Shown here one piece after another: positions 1-14,100 of a stretch of DNA of 64,000 nt (positions are counted from its first letter, which is position 1; every line of letters begins with the position of its first letter). The DNA lies in contig NC_088794.1 of assembly GCF_011386835.1 (NCBI RefSeq), positions 148,118,001 through 148,182,000 on the forward strand, in the 5' to 3' direction. The notes under the pieces are model-generated. The model did no database searches and was not told where the DNA came from. It worked only from the letters and a program-made list of their open reading frames with translations. Source of the DNA: Chrysemys picta bellii (Eukaryota). A program made the position numbers and the translations under genes.

Positions 1-429
1 GACCTGTCTGGTTTTAAGATTAAGTTAGACAAGTTTATGGAGGGAATGGTTTAATGGTAAACCATATTAGCTGAGGAATACCGAGCAATAGCAGGTAAAC
101 AGTATAATGGCTAACAAGGGTCAGGCTGGAGACTCTTGCCTACATGCTCGGGGTCTTACTGATCGCCATATTTGGGGTCGGGAAGGAATTTTCCTCCAGG
201 GTAGATTGGCTGAGGCCCTGAAGGTTTTTCGCCTTTCTCCGCAGCATGGGGCAGGGATCTCTAGCAGGAGGGTTCTCTGCCAATTGAAGTCACTAAGACA
301 CAGGATTTGGGGACTTCATCAGCAGAGTCAAGGAAAGGGTAGGGACGGTTTTGTGGCCTGCAGCATGCAGGGGGTCAGACCAGATGATCATAATGGTCCC
401 TTCTGACCTTAAAGTCTATGAGTCTATGA
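1..429 (+). mobile_element. CR1 LINE 3' end/3'UTR (5' part outside window)
   Basis: End of ORF2-like sequence, CR1-type 3'UTR, terminal ...gaccttaaagtctatgagtctatga octamer repeat. Confidence 0.75.
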
Positions 430-2028
430 GGGGCCACCCCGGCTCCCAAAAGGCAGGGGAGCCGTGTGAACTCTTAGGGGGATTAGATGATCCAGAACAG
501 AGCAAACTCCAAGTTTACTTCTGCTTTAATTCATACTCCACAAGGACCAGGTGGAGGAGGCGAGATTATCTGAGCGTTTTGGAGACGTTTTAAGGCCATG
601 GTAACAGGGCCGAATCCCTTGGTCCTACATCGGGGAAGGTGGGCGGGAACGTGGGAGAAGGTAATAAGTCACAGCGGGAGGTAGCGTCTTTGTGTGAGAG
701 GCTTGCATTGGCTGGCCCATTGCGCTTGTCTGTCCCTATGACAGCTGGCACAAGCCGTGGGGAGCTCTGCCAGACCTCCTCCTGAGTTGTGAGGAGCTGA
801 GTGACGGGGAAGGAGAGTAAGGAGTTGTTATTAATGTGCAGAGAGAGAGAGAGCTGGGCCGGGGGTTCCAGCCTTTCTGAAGTATGAGGCATGATGTTTA
901 ACAGCTGCCGGATAAAGTACTGTAGCCCGGCTGTTTGGTGAGAAATACAAGCTGCCCAGAAAAAGCAAGAAAATCCAGACGTTGAACCTTTCAGCCATTG
1001 CAACGACGGGCAGTTAGGAACTGGCCCTTACCAAGGCAAATGCTTGAGAGCTCCTAGGCAGGCCATAGTTGTGTGCGCACGTACACCCCAGGGGTGATTG
1101 CCCTGAACGCAAGGACTCCGGCTCGTTTATGGCGATTCCCACGAAGGTTGCAGGTTTGTAAGCCACTTTGCTCTAGTGAATGGTGGCATCTGCAAGGGGG
1201 TCACGGTCTGGCCTGGGCCCAGGCAATGGTGACGGTGTCTCTCAGTAGCTAGGAGGGATTCTGGCTGGAGTTTTCAGTTGGGGCTAAGGAGTTAGGTGCT
1301 AAAATCCCTTTGATCTTCAGTCGGGGTTGAGTGCCTAACTTCCTAAGCCCCTTTGAACCTCCCAGCCTACGTGAATTTTACAACTGGCCTTTCCGACAGT
1401 ACAGGGTGCTAATTAGGAACATCTCCCCATGTGCACCCTTGAGAATGGCCAGTAGAGGTGCTGGGTTTAATCATTCACACAGTCACCCATCCCATCCCAA
1501 GTCTGGGGCAGGGGGGAATTCACCCCTGTGGATGGGAGACACTGGCTGGCTGCAGACCCCCTGGTGGAATAGAGTTTGCAGGTTTCCTGTACCGCTGCAA
1601 TTCTCCTTGGGATGGATTTTTCCACTACTACATGCCTGGCACCTGGGTAGAACTGGGGAACAGTGGAACACACTGGCTGTGTCTCTCGGGCACCTCTCAT
1701 CTTGTTCACCAGTGGAACACCTATTGTGTTTTCAGCAGTGGAAAACGTTTTTAAGACACAGGCCCCGAGCCTGCAGTCCTGCTGCAGGCTAAACTCCCTT
1801 TGGAGTCAGTGAGAGCTTTGTCTGCCCAGGATCCCCCCCACCTTGAAGGGACAGCTGTGTTTTCCCACTCCAAACAACGACAGCGAGAGGGCAGATGTTG
1901 TCAGATTTCCTTTAAGATCTGAAGGTTTTTGTCCGGGTTTGTACAGCTTCGCTAGTAGAGGGTTGTGCAGCTGGTGACGTGCTAAGGCCTGGTTCCTTAC
2001 TACGTGCTAACCTGTGCTTTGGATGTAG

Positions 2029-2178
2029 GGTTCACGTACAATACCGCCAGCAAGGAAACCTGCGAACGGAACCACCACCAGTGCTCCCAGCATGCTTTCT
2101 GCACCGACTATGCCACCGGCTTCTGTTGCCACTGCCAGTCCAAGTTCTATGGGAACGGCAGACACTGCTTGCCAGAAG
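2029..2178 (+). CDS. NID2: NID2 exon, first EGF-like domain (150 nt)
   Basis: tgtag|GG...GAAG|gtaaat; [49 protein letters not shown]. Confidence 0.95.
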
Positions 2179-5100
2179 GTAAATTGTAGCGGGCGTTTGC
2201 AGAGCTTCTGTCATTGACTTGTTCTTTGAGACTGATCCAAGGTGTTGTGTCCTCTTCCCAGGGGCTGCTCACCGTCTCAACGGTAAAGTCAGTGGGAATC
2301 TCCTGGTGGGACAAACGCCTGTACGTTTTAGTGCCGTTGACTTGCATGCCTACATCGTTGGAAACGATGGGAGAGCCTACACTGCCATTAGCCATGTCCC
2401 TCCGCCGGCAGCTCGGGCGCTCATGCCGCTGACTCCCATCGGAGGTCTCTTCGGGTGGCTTTTCGCTCTGGAAAAACCAGGCTACGAGAACGGCTTTAGC
2501 GTCACTGGTAAGTCACGGTTGAGTACGCAATGCAAACAGGGCGTGGGCCGGGGCCCACTGACCCCCAGGGGAGCCTCTCCTGTTGACGTTGGGGGGCTTT
2601 CAAGGAGTGAGAGGGGTGGGGTGGAACAGCTAATCGTCAGGAACGCCCAGTGTCGTCTGACTTCTGCTTGTTTTCACCTTCTAAATCTCCTGAGTTATGG
2701 GCCTGGTTCTATTGATGGAGGAAATGAGTTATTCTGGGGGATCGTGGCAGGCAGCTGCCTGCCGTGCCCCTCCTCCTGGCCAGGGGTGCTTCTGCGGTGC
2801 CCTGCTAACAATTTCTCCCGTCTGCAGGGCTCTCCCGTTACATTCCCTTCTCCCAGGCCCTCCTGGCCAAGCGTCTCTTTCCTTTGCCCATACGGCAAAC
2901 CAGAACTGCAGCCATCACCGTCACGATTCCCCTGCTGGCCTGAGGCTCTGGGTCCAGCTCACAGCCAGGCCCCCTGCCCCTGGTGGCCTCAGCAACTCTC
3001 ATGACCCCTGTTGCTGCGGCTTCCTGCTGCCCTTCCGGTGGGACCACCTGATCCAACACAGGTGTAATCAGGCCTGGCTAGGCCTCGGGCCTCTGGCCCG
3101 TAAGGGCAAGCCACCCCTGTGACAGGGGTATTAACAGGTTGTCTTGTGTAATGGCTACGTACTTCCCCTCCTCTCCTCACACCCGGTGCCTTTCAGCCTT
3201 GAGCACCCTAACCCCCGTTCCTCCTTTTTATTCCCCTTCTGTGACACTCACTGTCCTCTGGCTGGTCTTCTCTGGAGCTCTCCTGAAAGGGCCAGAGGGT
3301 TCACTACAGGGGCAAGAGGCATTTTCCCCTCTTGGGACTAAGGCCCGTAGCCAGTGGGAGGTAGGCCCCACGATACCTCCGAGGACTGGCGCGTAAGTGT
3401 GCGGTCTCTGGGTGCTCCCAGGCCCCACAGACTTGGAAGCTAAAACACCATGCAGAATCTCCATCTCCATGTGATCCCATTACACCAGCGTTGGCCCAGC
3501 CTTTACACCCAAAACATTATTGCCAAAAAATCCGTTCAGTACTTCTGAACTTGGGTTTGGAATCCAAGTGACTAGCAGCGTTAACCTATTCCGTGCTGGG
3601 TAACGACTCGGATGATTAGTCTCCCCTCTGTAGATGCATGTGACGTGGTGCTCAGCTTGGGAGGCCGTGTGTGATATTAGCACATGCAGATCTTTAAACC
3701 CAGCCTCTTGAATCCAAAGGCTTCAGAAAAGGTCGGTATTATCCGCTCTGGGCTAACGATCTGCTTGTGTTATCGGTCTCAAATATAATCTAAGAATTGG
3801 GTAAAAAGATCGTTAGTTTATCCATTAAAACAGCTGAAACAGAGCTTGATTTTCTTCCCTGTTCATTGTAGGTGCTAAATTCACCCACAGTTTGGACGTC
3901 ACCTTCTACCCAGGAGAGGAGAGAGTCCATATCACTCAAACAGCTGATGGCCTGGGGCCAGAAAATTACCTAAGCATTAAGACACATATTCAGGGCCAGT
4001 TGCCTTTTATTCCAGAGAACTTTACTGTCCACATTGCACCGTACAAGGAACTTTACCACTACTCTCACTCAGGTATGATTGGAGGTGCCCGGGATCTCAA
4101 TCATTGTGTGTTTTGTTTTGCAGAGCAAATGTTGTTAGCCTGTTATTAGCCAGGCTGGCGTGTTTGCCCACAGCATGTTATGCACACTGGAATTCTGCAG
4201 CGTTCTGCAGTAACCAGTGGCCATTTTTAAATTTTCCACCGTTATCTGCAGAGAAACTGCTTCCTTGCAGGACGTTCGCTTCCCCTTTTGTTTTGGGGAC
4301 ACCTCCCTTTTCTAGGCAGAAGGACTTGGTGCATTTCCGGGACTCTGTGCCTTATATAACGTCCTCCCCGCCGAAAAGGGCTGGACTGCAGAGATGGAGT
4401 CCAAATCCCAGATCAAAATCCTCCCCTGAATTTTGCAGATGGTCTCTGCCTCGCTGAAGGGATCAGCCGAAAGCCAGGAACTGAACAGTCCAGAATATTG
4501 GGGTGTTTGGAATCCAGATCTGAGCCCTGACTCGGATTTTGTAGTCTGAGATTGGTGTGGCTGCAGGAGTCACGCTTGAGCGATAGGAAGCCTCCCTCCC
4601 ATCTCCCCCCCGTGCTGTGCATGCTTGCTTCCTCGTGAAATCACTAGGTTTCCTGCTAGGGTTGCCAACTTGGTAATATTTAAAAATGGACACTCCCGCA
4701 AGCATGCCGGAATCTCTCCTGCCCTGCCTTTTCCTCCCTGAGGCCCTGCCTCTGCCCCGCCCCTTCCCCCAGGCCCCGCCCCCATTAGCTCCTCTTTCCC
4801 CCTCCCCCTGTCGCTCTCTGCTCGTCCTGGCTTCCCCACCCCGGCCTGGTTAGGAGGGACTCTTCCGCGGAGCTGGGGCTGGGAGCTGCAGCCGCCTGAC
4901 GCCCATAGGAAGCTGCTCCAGCTGAGTAGGGGCCGGCGTGGGTGATGACCCGGCATCTCCGCCACCCGCAGTAACCGGACTTCGGTTGTCCGGTCAGTAG
5001 ATCTGACCGGACGCTGTCAGGTCTGCTTTTCGACCGGACTTTCCTGTCAAAAACCGGGCACCTGGCCACCCTATTTCCTGCATGGCAGTGCTGAGGGCTA

Positions 5101-8100
5101 ACCAGAGGCCACTGGCCCAAGCCCGGTGCTCACATCTCCAGTGAGTGAAAGTATCATGGTCATCAGTGCACAGAATTAGTCTGTGAAAACACGTTGTATT
5201 TACTCCTTTCTTCATTCTCTCCCCCACCCCTTCTCCATTGCGTGGGTTCATCCACCTGCTGTGGCATTACTCCTTGGAGCAGGGACTCCAGGTCTGGAAA
5301 TTGCCCAGCCCAACAGGGCCTGGATCCGTGATTGGAGCCTCTAGGAGCTGCTGTGGTGCAAATAATAATAATTCATCAAGCTACCGCATGCTTGTGTGAC
5401 CCGGGTCCTTGGCACTGTTTTGCAGCCGTGACTTCCACAGCTTACCGGCAGTATTTCCTCACCTTTGGGAGTATCAACCAGACCTTTGCCTACCAACTGC
5501 ACCAGAACATCACCTTCCACGACTGCCCGCCCGCCCGCCACCACAGGGACGTTCCTGCCGTCCAGCAGCTGAGCGTGGATCGGATCTTCGCTTTGTACAA
5601 CGACGAGGAACGGGTCCTGCGCTACGCCATCACCAACCAGATTGGTTCCAGAGAAGGTGAGCTCTACCGAGTCATTCTCGACTCAGTTGGCCTGTTGAAA
5701 GTAGGGGCCGAATTCCCTGCCGGTGCAACACCCCTGCTTTCAGCGTGGCCTAAAATAGTATGAGGGAAGATGGGTGTCAGTCTAATGTGACTACAGGCCC
5801 GGCTGTGAGTGGAGTGGTGAGCTGCACCACCGGGGCTAGACCTGAGAGGCCTTGTGTCACTGAGTCACAACCCTCCCCTGCTTCCCCTGGGTCCCTGGGG
5901 GTTGTGATTTCCTGGCAGTGTATTGTACCACCTCCTGCACTGGCTAGGCTGGGCAAGGTGGAGTCAAAGCTCTCTGTTTGTCTGCTCTAGGAGGGTGGTG
6001 AAGCACTGGAATGGGTTACCTAGGGAGATGGTGGAATCTCCATCCTTAGAGGTTTTTAAGGCCCGGCTTGACAAAGCCCTGGCTGGGATGATTTAGTTGG
6101 GGTTGGTCCTGCTTTGGACTAGATGACCTCCTGAGGTCTCTTCCAACCCTAATCTCCTATGATTCTATGAATGACCGTCTGACTCCAGTGGTCCCAGACC
6201 AAAAGTCTCGGTAGCCCGTGCGAGAGAGCAAGGGGAATTTTTCCTCCTCTGCACAGGCGCATGGTCCAAGTGGCAGTCTGGCCCTGGGGGTAACTGCTGG
6301 TGGAATGATACAGTTCCTGTGAGCACACACAGGCTTGTACGTGTGCCAATAGCACAGTAGAAAATGTCTGTGGAGCTCAATTAGGCCATGTGTACCTGGG
6401 CAAAACGCCACTGGCCTCTGGCTTTGCCCCATTTCACCCAGGTGGAGTTTTCCCACTGCTGTTAGATGACTATGAAGGGATTGGATTTGTTTTGTCCTGC
6501 TAAGCACGTGCCATTATGATAGATCCCTGCAGGAACTCATCTGCTCAGGATTCGGCCCACAGCGAAAGCTGCTAGTCTGAGTGCGTGGGGTACCAGCGGG
6601 GGTTTCGCTGGCTGGCATATGCTGTGCTTTGAGATACATTCGGTTTGGTTTTGAGGCAGCTCTTTCCCGCTGTAAACTCTGCTGCACGGAGGGGTACGAA
6701 GCTGTCCACACGGCAGACAGAGCTGGCCCAGAATAACCACGCAGTGTTCCTTCGTGCTGAGTTTTATCCTCAGTGCTGAAAGGCAGAACTCCGGGCTCTG
6801 GTGTGTTTGTTGGACGTGCAACCCCCTCCCCAGCCATGAAAAAACGTAGTGAGGGGCCGGGTGGAAAGCAAGTACCCTCCCCCCCACACACATCTCCCCC
6901 TGCCTTCTCTTGGCAGAGGTCTGTCTCCATGCTGAAATATCCAGTGGCCCATCGTTTGAAATACAATGAACCCCATTTCCCAGCAGCCGCTGCTGTTTCC
7001 TAAAACTTCAAAACTTTAGTCAAGAAAGTGGTAACTTTCCCCCGGCTTTCTGAACTTTCACGAGATTCGGCTTTGGCTTTAAGACAAAAGTAAAGAAGCA
7101 AAAATGGGGATTTTTCCACCCAACTCTACTATGGTGGTGTCTAACCGACTGTGTTAGAGAACAAAATGGCTAGGTTGGTCTCTCCTCATTCAAAAATGCA
7201 CCGGGACATCCATGTGTTACCCATCTAGCCATTTCAGTCCCTTCTTGCGCAGCATAAGGACAGCACTTTAGCAGAGTGGGGTGGAAATTTCACGTTGTTG
7301 CTTCATTATTTTTGTTCTCCAGCCAAAGCAGATTCTACATGAAACTTTACTGGGAGTTCTGTGTACAGGGATGTGTGTGTGGGTGTGTAATCTCTGCCTA
7401 ATCTACTGGCACAGGAGTCGCTCAAGAAAAGCTAGAAGAAGAAAAGCTCTCATGATTCTGTACAGGATCAGGTTTGGAGCCAGAGGCTGCGTTCCTTGTG
7501 CAGACTTTTATTTCCTGGAGTGGGGTGATCAGAGGTGGCGCGGAGTGTATTTTGTAGCACCATGCGCGCAGTGAGCATGGTTCTGGGTGCATCCAGGGCC
7601 TGCCGGCATCAGTGGAAAGATTCCAGGGGCGCTGGAGCAGGCCCCGGCTGTGTTTGCGTCGTTACCTGTTGAGTTGCACATCGCCGTCCGTGGCGAAAGG
7701 ACAGAGAAGCTGGAAGGCCCGAAGTGTGGCTATAATGTAAATGTGGGGAGGAGAGAGCTGATTAAGGCCACGTGGGTGGGTGCTAGCCACCGTCTGGTTG
7801 GTTAGCTCGCGCTAGAGCTGGTTATCCCTCCGAAGAAGGGTCTTCCTGAAACCCAATCTCCCTGTTGGTCCCCAGGGAGCTCTTATCTAATTGGAATGTG
7901 TGTAGAACAACACAGCTGCCTGTACTTTCTGGGAGCCTCATTGTTTCCAGGAGGATGGAGTCAAAGGGGCCGTGTCCTTTCTGAATCAGTAATTGGGAGC
8001 CAGAGCTATTGACCCTCCTCTTCCCTTCCTGACCCCGGGGAATTTAAAGGGCATGTTGTGTGGACTTTAAAGGGCATGTTGTGTGGAATTTAAAGGGCAC

Positions 8101-11100
8101 GTTGACTCTCGCACGGGGCAATCACCTGGGAGTGGAGAGCTCTTCCCACTACAGGGTGAAGCGATAGGGCGTGTGCAGGGTGTATGTGCTCTGCTTAAGG
8201 AGCCGCTCCTTGAACAAAAGCCTCCCCAGCCTCCTACCCTAAGCAAGTAAATTAGTTCCAGCTCTTGGGGTCAGAAAGCCAAGCTATTTAATAGAGGCCA
8301 TAAAGGATCCAAAGGGGGACGCTAGCCAAGTGCAATAATGGGGTAGAGGAAGAGCCTTTTGAGAGCACAGCCGGGACCAAATGTGAGAGGGATTCAGAGC
8401 CTGCGTCTCAGGGACGTCTCCATGTCAGGGGCCTGTAGCAAACGAATTACACCAGGATCATGGCCGAGTCCGCGTAGCCTGGGCTGATTGCAGAGATGGG
8501 CGTGAAGACCCAGGTCCCAGCACCCCCAGAACTTTGGGGAGATTCAGATCCGCAGGCAGCTCCGAACAACGCAGCCAGCGGGGCAAAGCAAAACTGGGCC
8601 CACGCCGCCCCTCGCTGGGGGAAGGTTGGCGCTGGGGCTGGAGTTAGCAGCTGCGATTTGTAGGCAGGGCTGTGCTCTGGCCACAGCCAGCAGAAGCCCC
8701 GGCAGCCTCCCTAAAGCCAGGCAACGTGTGCCCGGGGGGCTTGGGCTGGAACGGTCCCAGTGCCGGTCCGATGCATTCTCAGTAATAGGATCTTGGGCTG
8801 GAGCTGCCGGAGTCACATCAACACTAGTGGGAGTTCTGGTGCTACAGCCACTCCTGCGTGCTGGGCTGAATCTACACTGTGCCGGGCAAGCATATCTCCG
8901 GCCCAGAGCATGCGCCCTGGTGAGTAAGGGGCTGTAAAATGCCCGAGTGCTCCCCCCATGTGGGCTTCCTGTATCACCCATCGCAGCCTGGTAGGACAGC
9001 AGCCCTTGCAGGGCCCCGGTTCCTGTGCAGGTCGATGGGGAGTGGGGGAAGTCACGGCTCCTTCCCAGCCCCCGTGCATTGGTGAAAACACAATCCAGCC
9101 ACACGGACTCTGATTCATGGAGTCCAAGGCCAGACGGGACCATTGTGATCATCCAATCTAACTTCCTGTGTAGCCCAGGCCAGAGACCTCCCCCGGATAA
9201 GTCCTGCCACAGAGCTTTTAGGAAAACAGCCAACCTTGATTTAAAAATGGTCACCGATGGAGAATCCACCACGACCCTTGGCAAATTGTTCCCCTGGTTA
9301 ATTACTCACCCTGAAAAATGTATGCCTCATTTCCCATCTGAATTTAGCTAGTTTCAACTTCCAGCCATTGGAATGATTTTGTGGTTTGCATTGGTTACCC
9401 AGGGGGGTATTCTGGGACCTGTCCAAATATGTAGTAGATCACACCTACTCCCTCTAGCTGATAACGATATAAATTGGGCTGGTCTTCCGGCTGGTTTTCA
9501 GATGGGCCAATGTAGATCATGCCAGTTTCCATCAGGAAAACACAGAAGCAGAGGAGATTAAATCGTTTTAATTACGATCTTGGTTGAAAGCTGGCGAGTC
9601 TTTACTCATGTCTTACGGTGTGGTCAACAGGAGTTTCACTTGTGTAAGAACTGACGAGAAACTTCAGGGTTTGGTCCTGACTGGTCTATCTATATTTAAA
9701 GCTGGTGGAACTTTACCATCCTGGAAATTCCTTTCGTTGAGTTTTTTGGTGTTGTTTCTAGGAGACGTAAACCAACAATTCTCGATTTCATCGCAAACTC
9801 GCAACAGGTCCGGAGAAACCTTTTCAAAAGCCCCTACGTCACCTAGGCCCAGATCCTCAAAGGCATTCAGGCACCTAACTCCCATTGACTTAGGCTCCTA
9901 AGCCACCTAGGTGCTATTGAAAATGGGAATTAGACTCCTAAATCACTCAGGTGCTTTTGAAATTTCTACCCCAGGGCTCAATCCAGCATCCATGCAAACT
10001 CCGTGGGAAAGACCCCCTTGGACTCCACTGGGTGCTGGGTCAGGCTCCTCACCTTTTGAATTGATCTTGCCAGTGAATTACGAGGTTTTAGGTAGTTTCT
10101 CTAACCTAGAGACAAAGTCCAAAGCCGAATTCAATCTCTGCCTGACTTCCCTAAACAGGGCACTTCAAGAGCCAGTTCTGGCTTTGCCCGGGCCCGTGCA
10201 TGGGGCAGCGCATCGGAGCAGCCTGGGGGCAGATTGTTTCGGAGTCACACTCTGCGTCCTGGTTTCCTCCTGCTCCGTGGGTGGGGGGGACACCCTGGCG
10301 CAGCTGCGTTGGCTGTTGTGTTGGCTGGAGCCAAAGCTGCGCCACGTGCAGGAGGGGCCTGTATATGGGGAGCCCGTCTAGTGGATTAAGGGGGTGCCTT
10401 CCACCTCCTTAGTGCCTATATGGGATGCAGGACAGAGCAGCCTCCAGCCCTAAATTAGCCAATAGCTGCATCCCCAGCAGCACTTACTGTAGTTCGGTCT
10501 TTATTTTGGGTAACCGGCTGTGCACGGGTTAGCTGTAGAAAGGTGCATTCACTCACTCGCTCGCCATTGTGTGCCTGGGTCTTTCTGCACCTCTAGGACA
10601 TAATTCTCCAGAGCTGCACTGACCTGGGATGTTCTTCCCCCTCTCTGCGTCCGGCACATGGGGATGCAGAATGCCTGGTGGGTTAGAGAACTTGGCCCTT
10701 CTGCTCTGTGTGCGAGTGATACGGTGGTCAAGGGGCAAGCTGTAGTTGCACTAACGGCATCTTCATTGCTTCGCACATGCGATACAGCTGTGTGCCCTGG
10801 GAAGGCAGTGTGGGCTAGTGGGTAAGGCCCTGGACTTGGGAGCCAGGAGTGCTGGGGTCTGTTCCGAGCTCTGCCACTGCCCTGCTGGCTGACCTTGGGC
10901 AAGTCACCTCACTTCTGTTTCCCTTCCTTCCCTTTGGGGTAGGGACTCTCTCGCTATGTGTCTCTGCAGTGCCCAGGGGCTCTGATCTCAGTGGGGGCCT
11001 CTGGCTTCTCCTGTAATATAAATACCCGTCCCGTGGCGCCTCATCCAGGTTTGCCTTTTGCTTTCTGGCCAATCTAGGTGGCCCCGACTTGAGCACAGCG

Positions 11101-14100
11101 AACCCCTGTTACGACGGCACCCATGCGTGTGACACGACAGCGCGGTGCCAGCCAGGCACCGGTCTGGATTACACCTGTGAGTGCACGGCCGGCTATCGGG
11201 GAGACGGCAGAGACTGCGTGGGTAAGTGGAGAACACCGCTAGCGGCTTCTTGCCGGCCGCAGGCTTAATTCTGCAGGTCAGGCTTGGCGATCTACAATCC
11301 GCCATCTTGCCTTTCTCTGCACATCCTTCCTGACGGGAGATTTATAATGATACTTGCTTAGTGAGAGGGTACCCAGCACTTTTCATCGGACGAGCTCAAA
11401 GCAGGGTAAGTATCCTGGTCATGGGGAAACTGAGGTACACAGCAGGTATGGCCCCGATCCACACAGGTTTTTAGGTGCCTTCCTGCCTCTTTAGGTGCCT
11501 GAGTCCGTCATTTAGGTGCTACTGGCATTTCCAAAGCCGCCGTTCAGCTGCCGCCTAACCCAGGAGGTGCCTAAACCCCCAAGGCTCCTAAGTTTCCACC
11601 AGTTGGCATCTGCAAAGCTGCCGATGCCACCTCCCCGCGAACGAGCTGCTCTGAGCCCAGCTCAAGCCGAAACCGAAGCCTTGGAGGCATGAAGGATTCT
11701 CAGTTCAGGCAGGGATCCCATCACGCCGGCAGGGCCTGACCCCAGAGGCGTGTTCTGAGTCTGCCTCAGGCCCAACACCTGTCAGACCCCGCAGCAGGGG
11801 GGCTGGAAGCAGGCCGCTGGTACAAGGGGGTGCAGTACAGCACCCACACGGAGACCGCCAGTGCCCAGGGAGATGGCGGGTGGGTGGGAGGGTGTGAGAA
11901 GCAGACAGAAACAGTTCGGTTGCTAGGGCCTGGGCTGCCTCGACGACTGACCTGGCTCAGGGGCCTGTCTTCAGTAGCAGGTTTGCAGCTGAGGGAGGTT
12001 CCCATCTTTGGCCCATCAGCCTGGAACACCAGGCCAGCGGCCTGAGCCCCGCTCCTTGGCATTTCCCACCTGGCTAGCTTTGGCAGCACCCCCCTCAGCT
12101 TGTTGGCTTCTGAGGATCCTTGTCGGAGGAGCCTCACTCGCCCCGTGCGTTGTACAGAGAGCCTGGGAGCCTAGCTTGGGGCTGAGAAAGCCGCAGGCCA
12201 CCGAGAGCGACGCCTTCGTACCTTGGAGGATCTGGGCCGATGATTTGAGAAAAGCCACATAGTAATAGAATAATACTTACCTACTAGGTAGCATCCTTCG
12301 TCCATACAGCTCCAAGCGCTTTACAAGAGAAAGTCAGCAGCAGCATTGTACAACAGGGGAAACTGAGGCAGAGAGGCACAATGACTTGCCTGTGGTAACT
12401 CTTCAGGCCAAGAGAACGTAGGTTTCCTGACTCTATCCCCTGGACCACGCTGCCTCCTTTGCGGGCCTGTGGCAGAGGTGGGAATAGCTTCCCTCACGTC
12501 TAGTAGTTCTGGGCTTACGCTGCTGAACTGGAATCCAGTTTCCGGGAGCTTGGTTGTGGGTTTTGGCCCTGCTCCAGGCTCTAGCCCTGTCATCCTGCCC
12601 TAATTATGTTGAACATTTTTAGAGGGGGAGGAAAGTCTCTCAAGAATTTTGCTGGAAGGGAGGAAATTCTAGACACGTTTGGGGGGAAGCGGGATCTTCG
12701 GAGCCTGAATCTGCCCTCGGTGCCTGTCATGCACATCAGCGGGGTTACGCTGGGGTAAGCGAGATCAGGATCGGGCTCCGTGCCTTTGAGTAGAGCTGGT
12801 GTTTTCCTCAGCCTGAGCTGCTGTTTGTTAGTACATGAAAGAGCTCAGAGATCTGCTCATCGGCAGAGATTTCTCTCGCCCTTTACTGGTTCTAGTGGAA
12901 GGGGGCAAAAGGTTCCCGCTGAAAGAGAGCCAAACCGGTGCTTAGGAAGGGAACATTTAAGCTGCTGATCAGCCGGTTTAAACGGAGATCCCCGCGCCGA
13001 GGCCCCCGGGAAGTGCGAAAGCAAATGTTTTACCCAGCCGGCTGTGTAACCGGGTTCTTCTCTTCCTGCTCAGACGTCGACGAGTGTGCGGAGAGCCTCA
13101 GCAGATGCGGCCACCGCTCCGTGTGCATCAACTCTCCGGGCAGCTACAGGTGCGAGTGCCCCAGTGGGTACCAGCTGGCAGTCGACAGGCCTGTGTGTGT
13201 GCGTAAGTGTCACGCCCCTTTGTGAGTCTCCCTCCACCCCCACTGTACGTTCCCTACCTGCTACAGCGCGTGCCAAAGGCTTCTTTCCCGGGTCCCTGCT
13301 CCCACTGGAGTCGGAGGGAGCTTTGCCATCGCCTGGCAACTAATCAAGAGTTGGCCCCAGGCACTGGCCGGGGCACGTTCCAGGAGGGCCTAGTCGTGCC
13401 GCCCGTATTCACCCTGCTCGGCGCTGCCCTCCCGGGAGCTGCCCCGTTGATTGCCAGGGGACCGCCCGTGTGTAAGGGTGGTGGAGGGAGGCCTGGCTCC
13501 TCAGCGGCACCAGTGCTGCGCGCGACACGCCTCAGGCCATCCCCACCACGCTAGTCCGGGCGCTGGCCCGCACACCGAACCCTCTCCCCTGAGCTCGGTG
13601 GTGCGGGAGCGCTCGGGGGCAGCTTTCACTCAGGTCGCTCACCCGAGTGCTGCTAGTCCTCTGTCGCCGTCCCACAACGTCCCCCGGAAGGACAGACACA
13701 TTCTCCCGCAGCTCAGCTCCCTGCACGCCGCGGGGGGCGCCCCCCAGAAGCCCGACTGACATGCATGGGGGAGCGCCGCGCCAGTGAGGACCCAGTGACG
13801 CAGGCCGGGCTTTGCAGGCTGGCTGCTCACACCTGGGCAAGGCTGACTTGGAGCTCGGACCCGGGTGCAAATCACCGGGCTAACCCTGCAGTGAAGATGG
13901 GCCCTGGGAGGTGGAACAGGCAAAGGTGGCCTTCCACCATCTTTCAGTGCAGGCCATCAGCACAAGTTAAAGCAGCCCGAGGGCTGTAGTGGCTTGTAAT
14001 GCCCCCCCGACCCCCCCCCGAGGGCTGTAAAGCCAGTGGGCATCACCAGAGCGCAGCGCACTCTGGCCAGGCCCCCATCCCAGCCCTGCCAGGCCCTTGT

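Noticed and set aside
430-1000. Possible LTR-like segment after the first CR1
   Set aside because: No TG..CA termini or TSD could be identified
1458-1754. 98-aa ORF rich in W/C/H upstream of the first NID2 exon
   Set aside because: No match to nidogen or any family I recognise; no convincing splice sites
2219-3004. 261-aa ORF
   Set aside because: Only the 2262-2507 part is NID2 exon; the rest is stop-free read-through into a GC-rich intron
8043-8104. Direct repeats resembling a CRISPR-like array
   Set aside because: Head-to-tail tandem units without spacers in a vertebrate intron
8544-9284. 246-aa minus-strand ORF
   Set aside because: Low-complexity R/P/A/G composition typical of GC-rich non-coding DNA; starts inside a CR1 relic
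11362-11405. Exon-like segment ending in AGG|gtaagt
   Set aside because: 44 nt, frameshifting, weak acceptor; no support as a regulated poison exon
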